A DNA stretch of 64,000 nt from Candidatus Latescibacterota bacterium (GTDB taxonomy: Bacteria; Latescibacterota; UBA2968; UBA8231), in NCBI GenBank assembly GCA_965197905.1, contig CBDAOB010000005.1, positions 736,001-800,000 on the forward strand, given 5' to 3'. The notes under the pieces are model-generated. The model did no database searches. It saw nothing but the letters and a program-made list of their open reading frames with translations, and had not been told where the DNA came from. Numbering within the stretch: position 1 is the stretch's first letter; every line of letters begins with the position of its first letter. Position numbers and translations under genes: made by a program. Below, piece by piece: positions 1 through 10,099 of this stretch.

Positions 1-1
1 C

Positions 2-796
2 GGTGTGCATTGCATGGAATGTTTTGGCACGGTGATCGCCCACAATCATATCCACGATTTCTTCTACAGCGGCATCAACTGTGGCTGGAGCTGGGGATAC
101 GGCGTGCACATCGCCAAGGACAACCTGATCGAAAAGAACCACATCCACGACATCGGCCATGCGCTGCTCAGCGACATGGGGGCGATCTACATGCTGGGGG
201 TACAGCCGGGAACGGTCGTGCGGGGTAACGTGGTCCACGACGTGGAGAAGTCGGCCTACGGTGGTTGGGGCATCTACCTAGACGAGGGCAGCTCCCACAT
301 GATCATCGAGAACAACGTCAGCTACAACTGCAGCAGTCAGGCGTTCGTGCAGCACTACGGCCGCGAGAACATCGTGCGCAACAATATCCTTGCCTTGGGT
401 CGCGAGGGGCAGGTGCGACTCGGACGAGGCGAGGACCACAACGCCTTTACCTTCGAGCGCAACGTGGTGATCACCAACGGTCAGCCATGTTACACCGGGG
501 GTAGACGCTGGGTGGTAGAAAAGAAAGCGATCAGCACTGATCTCAATCTGTTCTGGGACGTGTCGGGCACACCGCTGCTGTGTGGCAGCGCCCCTCACGG
601 CTTGAAGCAGAACGAGTACGACCTCGAGGGATGGCAGGGGATGGGGTACGACATCCATTCGGTGATCGCCGATCCCAAGTGCCGCGATATCGAGAACTTC
701 GATTTCATGTTGGAAGAGGATTCTCCGGCCTGGGCTCTGGGTTTCAAGCCGATCGACGTATCGGATGTCGGACCCCGCACAAAACAGAATCGTTGA
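2..796 (+). CDS. Right-handed parallel beta-helix (pectin-lyase fold) protein, 5' end outside the window
   Basis: Repeating 'N-x-I-H-D' rungs, 'DMGAIY', 'GIYLDEGSS', 'NIVRNNI' and C-terminal 'SVIADP...SPAWALGF'. The frame is open at the window edge. Confidence 0.85.
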   Translation, partial: GVHCMECFGTVIAHNHIHDFFYSGINCGWSWGYGVHIAKDNLIEKNHIHDIGHALLSDMGAIYMLGVQPGTVVRGNVVHDVEKSAYGGWGIYLDEGSSHMIIENNVSYNCSSQAFVQHYGRENIVRNNILALGREGQVRLGRGEDHNAFTFERNVVITNGQPCYTGGRRWVVEKKAISTDLNLFWDVSGTPLLCGSAPHGLKQNEYDLEGWQGMGYDIHSVIADPKCRDIENFDFMLEEDSPAWALGFKPIDVSDVGPRTKQNR

Positions 797-803
797 GGGC
801 GAG

Positions 804-2402
804 ATGGTAATCGATCGAACCACGGGGCATCCGACTACGGGTCCGCTGCTGGACTGGTGGTACGTGCACGCCGGTTACATGGGTTTCAAAGACGGGGAAT
901 CGAGAACCTGGGACGCTCCGTCGGGCATCGAGATCGAGGTGCAGGCAGCGGACACGTCGGATCCCCTGATCCTGCCCGACCAGCCCTGGGAGCGGGACGG
1001 TCACGGCGCGGTGGGTTCGTTCTATAAAAGGAACGGCACCTACATCATGTATTACCGGGCCAACCCCGGTGGGCTCTGTCGCGCCGAAAGCAAGGATGGA
1101 TTCAACTGGACCAAGCCGGAGCTGGGGGCGGTGGATTTTGAGGGGTCGAAAGCAAACAACATCGCCAGCACTAGCCACGGCCGGGTCTTCGAGGATTCGT
1201 CGGCGCCGCCGGAGGAACGCTTCAAAGCGACCGGTGGCTACGGCGGCATGTACGTCCGCGACCGGGACCAGGACGGCAACCTGGTGGAGGTGAAAGCCGC
1301 CAGGGAAGCCACCGGGAGTATTGGCAACACCCCCGACTCGGTGGTTACCGACATCCTGAGGCAACAAGAGACGCTGGTGGAGAAGTATCCGGGGCCGTGG
1401 GGACAGCTGAAGTCATTTCTCACCGGAGCCGTTTCACCGGACGGTCTCGACTGGACCGAGCTGGAAAAACCGTTGCTGGAGGAGTTCGTGGATGGCGACA
1501 ACATTGTCTTCTACGATGAGCACCTTGGCAAATACGTCGGATACCTGCGCTACCACATGGCCGGCCGGCGTTGCGTTGGGCGTTCGGTCAGCGACGATTT
1601 CCGCACCTTCAGTCCGGAGCAGCTGATGGTGTTGAGCGATCCGTTGGACCCGCCCGACGTGTCATTCTACAACCATGCCTACACGCGCTACCCCGGCCGC
1701 GACGACCTGCACCTGATGCTGCTGTCACGCTTCGCCCAGTCCGTGCCGACCATCGATATCCAGCTGGCCGTGAGCCACGACGGGCTCTACTGGTGCCGGC
1801 CCGATCGCAGCAACCACCTCATCGACAATTACTCCGAAGGGTTCGGTCACGGCGCCATGCTGTACTGCGGACCCGGGCTCCTGGAGATGCCGGACGGTCG
1901 TTACGGCGCCGTCTATTTCGGCAACGCACGCAGGGACGCCAATCGCACCGACTTCGAGGAGTTCCCCATTCGGCTGGCATCGTGGCCGAAGGATCGGCTG
2001 GGCGGCATCCGGGCGAAAGGGCACGGTCGTTTTACGCTGCGCCAGGAACAGTATCGCGCGCCAGAGGATTGCCCGGACTGCATTGCAGCGCCGATCCACG
2101 ACAAATTTCCGCCCCTTGCCGATCCGAACGAAGCGCCGCGACAGCTCAGGCTCAACTACAAGACCGAATCCGGCGGATGGATCAAAGCCGAGCTGATCAC
2201 CCACATCGGTCCCAAACCGCACAACTCGGGTTCGATTTCGGCTATCCCGGGGTATAGCTTCGAAGACTGCGATCCGCTCCAGGGAGATGAGCTGGACGGA
2301 GTAGTCACCTGGAAGGGGAAGGACGACGTGGCGCGCCTGTCAGATACGCTGACGATTCGCATCGAAATGCACAGAGCTATTCTGTTTTCATTCCGCCTGT
2401 AA
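804..2402 (+). CDS. Hypothetical beta-propeller glycoside-hydrolase-like protein (GH32/43/130-like fold plus C-terminal beta-sandwich)
   Basis: Blade motifs 'AESKDGFNWTKPELG', 'VSPDGLDW', 'VSHDGLYW'; C-terminal 'IPGYSFEDCDPLQGD'. ATG 804 follows GAGGG and the upstream stop. Confidence 0.7.
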   Translation: MVIDRTTGHPTTGPLLDWWYVHAGYMGFKDGESRTWDAPSGIEIEVQAADTSDPLILPDQPWERDGHGAVGSFYKRNGTYIMYYRANPGGLCRAESKDGFNWTKPELGAVDFEGSKANNIASTSHGRVFEDSSAPPEERFKATGGYGGMYVRDRDQDGNLVEVKAAREATGSIGNTPDSVVTDILRQQETLVEKYPGPWGQLKSFLTGAVSPDGLDWTELEKPLLEEFVDGDNIVFYDEHLGKYVGYLRYHMAGRRCVGRSVSDDFRTFSPEQLMVLSDPLDPPDVSFYNHAYTRYPGRDDLHLMLLSRFAQSVPTIDIQLAVSHDGLYWCRPDRSNHLIDNYSEGFGHGAMLYCGPGLLEMPDGRYGAVYFGNARRDANRTDFEEFPIRLASWPKDRLGGIRAKGHGRFTLRQEQYRAPEDCPDCIAAPIHDKFPPLADPNEAPRQLRLNYKTESGGWIKAELITHIGPKPHNSGSISAIPGYSFEDCDPLQGDELDGVVTWKGKDDVARLSDTLTIRIEMHRAILFSFRL

Positions 2403-2429
2403 ACCAAGAACTTCGACCGGAGATTTCAG

Positions 2430-3260
2430 ATGCCAAAATCAGGAAACAAACCATCGGCCCATCTCTATCCAGAAGGGGGACCGGGAAGACAGCTGAAGGG
2501 ACGCCTAAAGAATGGGGAGGTGTTGGTTGGCGGTGTAATCGCCGAGTACACCCGTCCGATGATTATTCGCTATTACCAGCAAGCGGGATTCGACTTCATC
2601 TTCATCGAGAACGAGCACATGTTCTTCGACCCGACCCACTTGGTGGACACCGTGCAGTCCGCCCGCGACAACGGGTTGCCGGTGATGGCCAAACCGCCGA
2701 CGCTGGAACGAGGCGAGCTGGCAAAGATGCTGGAAGCCGGCATCGTCGGAATCCAACTGCCGCGAACCGAAACGAAGGAAGACATCGAAATTCTGGTGGA
2801 CTGGACGAAGTACACCCCCCAAGGAAATCGGGCGCTGGCCTCCGGGTACGGCAACAGCGACTACGTGCGCATAACCGACAAGCGTGCCTGGATGGATGAG
2901 CAGAACGAGGAGCTGACCATCGTAGCACAGATCGAGACACGTAAGGGATACGAACATGCGGAAGAGATCATCTCCGCCGACGGCGTCGATATGTGTTACG
3001 TAGGTCCCGGAGATTTTTCGGTCGAGATGGGTCAACCCGGAAACGCCGAACATCCGGACGTACGCGGACCCATGGAAGAGATTCTCGAGATCTGCAAATC
3101 CCACAAGGTGCCTTTCGGTACCACGGCGGCCAACAACGAAGCGGCGGCGCGCTGGATAGAAAAAGGAGCGGTCTTCTTCGAAGCCGTGGACGAGCGCGTG
3201 CTGCTCATTGAGGGCGCGACGCGAATCGTAGAGGATTTCCGCGAGATGCTCGCCAAGTAG
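2430..3260 (+). CDS. HpcH/HpaI aldolase/citrate lyase family protein
   Basis: 'GFDFIFIENEH', 'AQIET', 'VGPGDFS' motifs; GGAG RBS. Confidence 0.9.
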   Translation: MPKSGNKPSAHLYPEGGPGRQLKGRLKNGEVLVGGVIAEYTRPMIIRYYQQAGFDFIFIENEHMFFDPTHLVDTVQSARDNGLPVMAKPPTLERGELAKMLEAGIVGIQLPRTETKEDIEILVDWTKYTPQGNRALASGYGNSDYVRITDKRAWMDEQNEELTIVAQIETRKGYEHAEEIISADGVDMCYVGPGDFSVEMGQPGNAEHPDVRGPMEEILEICKSHKVPFGTTAANNEAAARWIEKGAVFFEAVDERVLLIEGATRIVEDFREMLAK

Positions 3261-3268
3261 CTGAGCGA

Positions 3269-4720
3269 ATGAACGGAACCAGCTTCGAGATTCCCAAAGG
3301 TCAGCGCCAGCTGTTCATCGACGGCCACGGCGTGAGATCGATGGAGAACCTCACCCAAGTTTTGCACCAGCCTTCGAAAAAAGGGGCGGTGTTGCGACCC
3401 GCGCTAGGGGATCACGCGATGCAGACGCGCTCCGCCCCTCATTGGGATCCGGAACGGGAGGAGTTTCGTCTGTTGGCGCAGATGTCTTGGTATCGCAGTG
3501 CCGACGGACTTCACTGGACGAAGGTGCCGGAGGAGCTGCAGCCGGAGGGTGGTAGAGCCGAGTTCCACGCGCTGCGGGACAACGCCGATCCCGATCCGAA
3601 AAGACGGTACAAAGGACTCACCAGCCACGTGATCAATATGGATACGGGGAAACGGGTGGTGAATTCGTCGGAACGGGTCGACCCGGAGGGCAAGCCGTGG
3701 CCGGGAACTCACTTCGAGCGCAACCTGGACTTCCTGGTTTCGGCGGACGGTTTCAGCTGGCAGCGGTTGGACGCCGCGGTCTCCAGCTTCGACGAGCACA
3801 ATATGAGCTACGATCCGGTGGACGGGCAGTACTTGTTGAGCTTCAAGAAGACCGGTACCTACGGCCGTGCCCACATGATCAGCACAAGCTCCGATTTTCA
3901 GCACTGGAGCGATCCGTTCATGGCGATCCAGTCGGACGACCTGGCCCAGGAGCTGGGCCGACTGCACATCGAGGAGTTTCTCAAATCCTCCAACGCCGAA
4001 TACCTCCGTCCCTTTCCAGAAACACCCGACTGGCTGTGGCAGAACGTCGATATCTACAATGTCGGACTGTTTCGCTACGAGGGCATATTTCTCGCCCTCC
4101 CTGCCCTCTACTACGCCAAGGGGGCACGTTGGACCAGCCATACCCTGCGTTTCACCTTGATCGAGCTCTGGTGCGCGCGCGATCTACATCAATGGGAACG
4201 GGTGGGGAACCGCAAAGCCTTCATTCCATGGTCGCCGGGCGGCTCCGGTGCCTACGATCTGAGCAAGAATCTCCCGCCGTCCTATCCGCTGGTTCGCGGG
4301 GATGAGCTGTGGTTCTACTATTCCGGGCGCAAGGAGCAGTCGGTTTTTCCCGAGCCGGATCTCGATGGCGCCGCGGTTTGCCTCGCGGTCTTGCGTCGGG
4401 ATGGTTTCGTCTCATTGAATGCAGGTGCGGACGGTGGTCATCTGCTGACCGAGCCGTTCGTGCCGCCAAGCGCTACCCTTTGGGTCAATGCAGATGCCGG
4501 CAAAGGTCAGCTGCGGATCGAGGCGCTAGATGGCAACGATGAGGTGGTAGCATCCGCGGGACCGATCGAGGGCAACCATCCGCGGCGGGAGATCGAGTGG
4601 ACGAACGGGCATCCAGCCTCTGACGGAACCCCGATCCAGCTGCGATTCTCGATGCGGGACGCAGCGCTCTACTCCTACTGGTTCGAAGAAGAGCCCAATC
4701 TTCCCGGCGGTTTTCGATGA
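3269..4720 (+). CDS. Hypothetical beta-propeller glycoside-hydrolase-like protein
   Basis: 'RQLFIDG', 'SADGLHW', 'DELWFYYSG', 'LRRDGFVSL', 'ALYSYWF'; same family as 804 and 10100. Confidence 0.7.
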   Translation: MNGTSFEIPKGQRQLFIDGHGVRSMENLTQVLHQPSKKGAVLRPALGDHAMQTRSAPHWDPEREEFRLLAQMSWYRSADGLHWTKVPEELQPEGGRAEFHALRDNADPDPKRRYKGLTSHVINMDTGKRVVNSSERVDPEGKPWPGTHFERNLDFLVSADGFSWQRLDAAVSSFDEHNMSYDPVDGQYLLSFKKTGTYGRAHMISTSSDFQHWSDPFMAIQSDDLAQELGRLHIEEFLKSSNAEYLRPFPETPDWLWQNVDIYNVGLFRYEGIFLALPALYYAKGARWTSHTLRFTLIELWCARDLHQWERVGNRKAFIPWSPGGSGAYDLSKNLPPSYPLVRGDELWFYYSGRKEQSVFPEPDLDGAAVCLAVLRRDGFVSLNAGADGGHLLTEPFVPPSATLWVNADAGKGQLRIEALDGNDEVVASAGPIEGNHPRREIEWTNGHPASDGTPIQLRFSMRDAALYSYWFEEEPNLPGGFR

Positions 4721-5895
4721 AACGGATTGCTCCGGAGTTGCGGGAGGTGCGCCACATCAAGGTCTGTTACAGCAAGCAGACCTACTGTGGGCACCCGAGT
4801 CAATCCGGTCTTCACAACTTCGGCAACGGCGAGATCGCTCTGATGCACAATCACGCAATCTGCGCCTACGGCGCCGAAGAGGATGTATCCCACGGTGTTT
4901 ATTTTCGCGAGGGTGCGTTTCTGCTGCAGCGTTCCTTCGACCACGGCGAGACCTGGAAACGAGGGGACGACCAGGTGGTCTGGGACAACGCGTGGTCCGA
5001 AGAAAAAAAGAAAGGGATCCTCGCAGAGGCGTTGAAGCCCGGAGTCGAGCGCGACGAGATCGACCTCAGCAGTCCCGATGCGATCACCTTCTTCAAACGC
5101 TCGAAAGCCGAGGGCCGGGATTCTCGCGGAAATGAGAATATCGAGACCTTCGCTTTTCGCTCGGCGGATCGGGGTCACACCTAGGAGAAGGTGCCAACCA
5201 GGATTCCCACGCCACACGGCTTCAGCTCGGTGATGGTGGACGCAACTCCACCTGTCCAGTTTCCGGATGGCACTCAGGGAGTGATGGCCGATTTGGATCA
5301 GAGTCAGCTGGCTTTTTACGCCACCGACAACAACGGGCTCGCCTGGCACTACATATCGATGGTGGCCCAGGATTCGGACATGCGGTTCGGACGTTTCGCC
5401 TACCAGCGTTTGCTGCGATTACCCGGAGGACGGTTGCAGTGTTACATGCTGCATCTGGCCGGCATGCGCAATCAGATCCTCGAGATGGCTTACTCGGACG
5501 ATGGGGGGATCAGCTGGAGCGCACCGCAGCCGATCGTGCGGTGGGGGGAATCGCCGTGGGCGAGCCTGCCCCGCGATCGCGTGTGGAGCGGTTCGATTTC
5601 CGGTCCTCTCTACCGCTCCCCATGGCCCCTTCTTCTCAAGGACCGCCGCATCGCCGTGATCTTCGCCCGCAGGAAGCCACCGTTCGGGATGGGCGTGATG
5701 GTGAGCGAAGACGAAGGAGCGACTTGGTCGGCGGAGGCGGTGATTCGAGCGGATGCCAGCGATTGGGATATCGGCTACCCGGTGGCCACTCAGTTGGACG
5801 ACGGTCGGATCTTTACGGCCTACTACTTCATGGAAAACGACGGCAACAAATTCGGCGGCACGCGGTACATCGCCGGTAGTTTCTTCGCCGTTTGA
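4717..5895 (+). pseudogene. BNR/Asp-box (sialidase-like) propeller protein interrupted by an in-frame TAG at 5182-5184
   Basis: ORFs 4717..5184 and 5191..5895 share a frame. The stop replaces the W of Asp-box S-A-D-R-G-H-T-[W]; other boxes are intact (SFDHGETW, SDDGGISW, SEDEGATW). Confidence 0.8.
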
Positions 5896-5910
5896 AAAAG
5901 GACATGCTCT

Positions 5911-6870
5911 GTGTCACGTGCGTTTGATCTGCTCGACCCGCAGCGTGCGCCACGCGGCGTCGCGACCTTACTGAAAACGCCGTTCAAATCCGAGAATCGC
6001 TTGGACGAGGAGTCTTATCGCCGCCAGGTGCAGCACGTGATCGACGCCGGAACAGTCTTGCTGATACCCGGCATGGTAGGAAGTGAGACCTTTTGTCTGC
6101 CTCCCGAAGATCGCGAGCGCTGTATCGAGATCTCCCTCGAGGAATCCGACGGCCGAGTGCCGGTTTGCGCCGCGGTTGGTGGTATCGGCATCTACGATGT
6201 GGCGAACGCCGCGGTGAAAGCGCAGGAGATGGGGGCGGACATGATTGCTGTGATTCCACCTCCCTGGATAGCGGGGGAGAGGGATGGTGCTGCATGTCTG
6301 GAGCAGGTCGCTCGCAGCGTCGAGCTGACAGTCATGATTCATTCCGCGTTTGGTGCTCCGGCATCGAAGATCTTCAGCGCTGAGACCATCGATCGACTGG
6401 TACGGGAAGTGCCGAACATACGTTATGTGAAGGTGGAGGGACCGCGATGGGTCCAGCAGGCCACGGATATCAAAGAGAAGAGCGGCGACCGCCTCGTGCG
6501 TTTGATGAGCGCCCCCAACTTCGGAGAGGTCTATCGCGCCGGGTGCCGGCTCCTCATGATTGCCGCGCATATCATCGAACCGCTGGTCGCGCTCTTCGAC
6601 GCGCTCGAAGCGGACGACGATGCAAGCGCCGAGCGTATCGAGGCTGATATAGCGCCATATTACGCCGTGGAAGGGTACGTACCGGGGGAGATATGCAACA
6701 AGACCGTAGCGCAATGGCGCGGTATCTTCGCTGACGCGCTCCGCGGGACGCCGCAATTGTCCCCAAGCCCGGCCACCCTGCTCCCCCCCGAGGTTTTGAT
6801 GCTCGCCCGATCGCTGGAGCCGTTGAGGAAATATTTCACGACCTACCCGTTGGAAGTGCCGCCGACCTAG
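5911..6870 (+). CDS. Dihydrodipicolinate synthase (DapA/NanA-like) class I aldolase family protein
   Basis: 'TPF...LDEES', 'GRVPV', 'GAD...IPP' and Schiff-base Lys in 'NIRYVKVE'. Confidence 0.85.
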   Translation: MSRAFDLLDPQRAPRGVATLLKTPFKSENRLDEESYRRQVQHVIDAGTVLLIPGMVGSETFCLPPEDRERCIEISLEESDGRVPVCAAVGGIGIYDVANAAVKAQEMGADMIAVIPPPWIAGERDGAACLEQVARSVELTVMIHSAFGAPASKIFSAETIDRLVREVPNIRYVKVEGPRWVQQATDIKEKSGDRLVRLMSAPNFGEVYRAGCRLLMIAAHIIEPLVALFDALEADDDASAERIEADIAPYYAVEGYVPGEICNKTVAQWRGIFADALRGTPQLSPSPATLLPPEVLMLARSLEPLRKYFTTYPLEVPPT

Positions 6871-6960
6871 GTGTGTCAGCACGCGATGCGAACTGAGCAA
6901 TCTGACGGAGTCTCGTCATGGACCGCGAGCGCCCCAGATATCAAGTACCGGGCACCTCGC

Positions 6961-7981
6961 TTAGCCGCCGGCGCGCATCGCATTGCCGTCGGTGGCGCCA
7001 CACCCTTCCAGCAGAACCCGATGAACGGCAAGGTCGTGCTCGAATGAAAACTCCGGTTCTCGCGCCCGCCGGATGCAGGTTGCAAGCTCGTCGAGCATGG
7101 TCGGTGCAGTTGGAGCCGGTTCCAGCTTCAAGTGATTCCATCCGCCCTTGAGCCCCTCGAACGGCTCTTCGAGAAAGACGTCCAACGGGCTTTCGCCGTA
7201 CGGCATGTTGATGGCGGTCCCTTTGGTGCCGTAGACCTCCACTCTGCGGGTTTCGTCGACGATCACGTGCATGGCGGCGGTGTCGACGGTCGCCAGACAG
7301 CGCTCGTATTCGTGCACAACCACCGCATTGTCCACATGTCGACGGCTCCCATACTGGGCCCCCAGATGAGGCCTGACCGCTGCAGGTTCCCCGAGCAGGG
7401 CCACCATTAGGTCCAGGTAATGGCCGGCCATCTCGAAATAGACGCCCCCTTTGAACATGTCAAAATCGGCCTCCAGCCTGGGATGCCAAGCCCAGGGTTT
7501 CGACATGTGCGAGCGGAAATAGAAGATGTCCCTAAGGGCCACCCGCCCGTACCAGGCGCACCAGCTCGCGCTGATCGGGGTGGAAACGGAATAGATAGGC
7601 CAGGTTCAATACCAGATCCTTTTCGCGCGCCAAATCCTGGAGCGCCGCGAATTCGTCCAGGCGTCCGCCGGGCGGCTTTTCCAGTAGAAGATGTTTCCCC
7701 GCCTCGAGCGCCTGCCGCGCATAGGCGGCGTTCTGGTTGACCTTGCCCTCCACGACGATGGCCTCGATGTCGCTTTCCAGCAGGGCCTCGGCCGTGGGGA
7801 AGGCCTTCACCTCGATTCCCGCGAATTCACGCGGCCAATCACTCAGGTTCTTCTCAACGAACTCCGGGTCCGGCTCATAGAATCCGACCAGCTCGAACTT
7901 GTCGGGATTCTCGGACGCCACTTTGACGTGGGCACCGCGGTGACCGTGATGGGCCCCCAGCATGCCGAATTTCAGTTTCAT
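6961..7981 (-). pseudogene. Gfo/Idh/MocA oxidoreductase with a single-base frameshift near 7537
   Basis: N-half MKLKFGMLG...'GKHLLLEKP' (ATG 7981, AGGA upstream) and C-half 'GGVYFEMAGHYLD', 'VEVYGTKG' are in different frames and join at RAGG/LRDIFY. Confidence 0.8.
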
Positions 7982-8081
7982 CGCGTTCCTTTCTCTAACA
8001 CTCGACTTTCGCTTCGGGTTACCGTAAGTTCGCCAACTCGAGATTCGAACACCAGACATTGAACCGAAGAGCAGGCCAGGA

Positions 8082-8849
8082 ATGTTACACATAAGCACGC
8101 GACCGTCCCAGGCCGTCCTCGATCTCACCCCTGAGCACACCGACCTTGCCCATCTCTGGCTTCCGGAAATCGTCGAGATCGGAGACAGGGGAGAGATGAT
8201 ACCCTTCGCTCACAATCCCGATCATCCTCTGGTCTGGAACCAGCCGGATGACTCCTTGCTGACCTATGACCTATGCCTGCCCGATCTCCTGTCTCTGTCG
8301 GCCCGCATCCGCGCCGAAGCGTCCGGGTTTGCGCTCGACATGGAGATCGGCAATCTCACATCCCAGGATTGGGGAGGGGCGCAGGCCTGCGTCTGCTTGC
8401 AGCTGACCCTGGCTGTTTCTTTTCTGGATCTCGCCTGGGAGCGAACCTTTTGCGTCATCGAAAACAATCTGGTGCGACTATCGGAGATCGAAAAGATCGG
8501 GAAAGGCAAACCATGGTTTCTCTTCGCGATGCTGCCCGGACACGAGGCTCCGATGCGCCACCGCGATCCCCATCGCGAGAATGCAAAGTGGCGTTTCTCC
8601 AAGACGCCTCCGGATTGCGGGTTCATTTGTGTGACGTCAGTTGACGCGTCGCGAACCGTGTGGATGGGTTGGGAAGAGGTGCAGTACCTGCAGAGTAACG
8701 TGATGCCGTCCTATGGCTGTATTCACGCGAATCCTTTTTTCGCGGATATCGGCGCCGGAGAGAAGGCCTTGCGTCGGGGCCGTGTCGGCGTCGTCGAAGG
8801 TGGAGCGGAGGTCGCCCGCGAAGCTTACCTGCGAGAGTTCGGTGGATAA
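8082..8849 (+). CDS. Hypothetical protein
   Basis: 255 aa ORF filling the gap, divergent from 7981; no family recognised. Confidence 0.7.
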   Translation: MLHISTRPSQAVLDLTPEHTDLAHLWLPEIVEIGDRGEMIPFAHNPDHPLVWNQPDDSLLTYDLCLPDLLSLSARIRAEASGFALDMEIGNLTSQDWGGAQACVCLQLTLAVSFLDLAWERTFCVIENNLVRLSEIEKIGKGKPWFLFAMLPGHEAPMRHRDPHRENAKWRFSKTPPDCGFICVTSVDASRTVWMGWEEVQYLQSNVMPSYGCIHANPFFADIGAGEKALRRGRVGVVEGGAEVAREAYLREFGG

Positions 8850-8874
8850 CGAGCGTCGACGAGAACCGTTTCCG

Positions 8875-9999
8875 ATGATCATTGATGCCCATGCCCACAT
8901 CTTCCGGAACTGGCACGAGGACTGCGGCCATCCATCGAGAGAGATTCACTGGAAATACCTGCAGAAGGACGTCAGCCGGCCGGCAGCCAAGGTACACCGT
9001 TCTTCCGATGGAACGCCGGCGAATCCGCAGGCATTGTTCAAGCCGGGCGACAACAGTTGGGCAGGTCTGCGGGCAGATGTCGATTTTCGAGTCGGAAGCT
9101 TTGGAAGACTGGAATATACCGTCGACGGAGAGGATTATTACATCCAGTATATGCCCGTCGGCATGGCGCAGATCGAAGCACTCCCCGAACAAATGTTGGC
9201 ACAGATGTCATACGTCGGCGTGGATCACTGTGTGCTGCAGGCGGGAAGCAACTATGGCCGGATGAACGATTACAATGCCCAGGCCCAGGAGCGACATCCT
9301 GAGAAGTTCACTGCCCTCTTCCAACTCGACGAACCCATGGCGGACAAAACCGAGGGGATGGAGGAATTGGACAGGGCAACAAATGCGCTGAATCTGAAAG
9401 GAATCTACTATCAGCTGTCATCCTTCAGCAGGTACGGCTTTGAATGGGCGTTCGAGGACTCACGTTTTGACGAGTTTTGGGAAAAGCTGGCGACAGTGGA
9501 AATCCCTGTATTCTTTGAAGCAGCGCCGATCCCCGACTACGACGCTGCGAGTTACACCGCCAACATGGAGCGTCTTGACATTCTGCTGACCCGCTTCCCG
9601 CAGATGCGCTGGTTGCTGGTTATGGGACCTCCGGTTCAGTTCTTTGGCACAGGGGACAGCTGGCATTTTCCGGAAGCGGTCCACCGGGCTTATTCTCGCG
9701 AGAATCTTCAGCTGGAGCTTCTATTTCCGATCACCTGGGGAGGCAAGTGGGATTACCCATACCGCGAAGCGCAGGTTTTGATAAAGGACCTGCGGGAACG
9801 ATACGGTGCCCACAAACTCATCTGGGGCTCCGACATGCCTAACGTCGAGCGTTTCTGTACCTACAGGCAGTGCCTGGATTACCTGTTGCGATACTGTGAG
9901 TTTCTCTCGTCGCCGGAAAAGGACCTCGTTCTTGGCGGCAACGTGGCAGATCTGTGCGGGATCCAGAATCGTCCGTCCGGTTCGTCAGGCGCCAGGTGA
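8875..9999 (+). CDS. Amidohydrolase family 2 protein
   Basis: Starts 'MIIDAHAH' (HxH); C-terminal 'LIWGSDMP' and 'LVLGGN'. Confidence 0.9.
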   Translation: MIIDAHAHIFRNWHEDCGHPSREIHWKYLQKDVSRPAAKVHRSSDGTPANPQALFKPGDNSWAGLRADVDFRVGSFGRLEYTVDGEDYYIQYMPVGMAQIEALPEQMLAQMSYVGVDHCVLQAGSNYGRMNDYNAQAQERHPEKFTALFQLDEPMADKTEGMEELDRATNALNLKGIYYQLSSFSRYGFEWAFEDSRFDEFWEKLATVEIPVFFEAAPIPDYDAASYTANMERLDILLTRFPQMRWLLVMGPPVQFFGTGDSWHFPEAVHRAYSRENLQLELLFPITWGGKWDYPYREAQVLIKDLRERYGAHKLIWGSDMPNVERFCTYRQCLDYLLRYCEFLSSPEKDLVLGGNVADLCGIQNRPSGSSGAR

Positions 10000-10099
10000 C
10001 TTGAAAAATGCGGTGCGGAAACTTCGGCTTCACCGATTTTGGCCGGCCGATTTAACCGCAACCGTCGATTCGGGGCCGCCCGAATCACTGGAGGACAAG

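Noticed and set aside
5182..5184. Pyrrolysine or amber reassignment
   Set aside because: The position requires Trp, one substitution explains it, and TAG is a normal stop elsewhere in the window.
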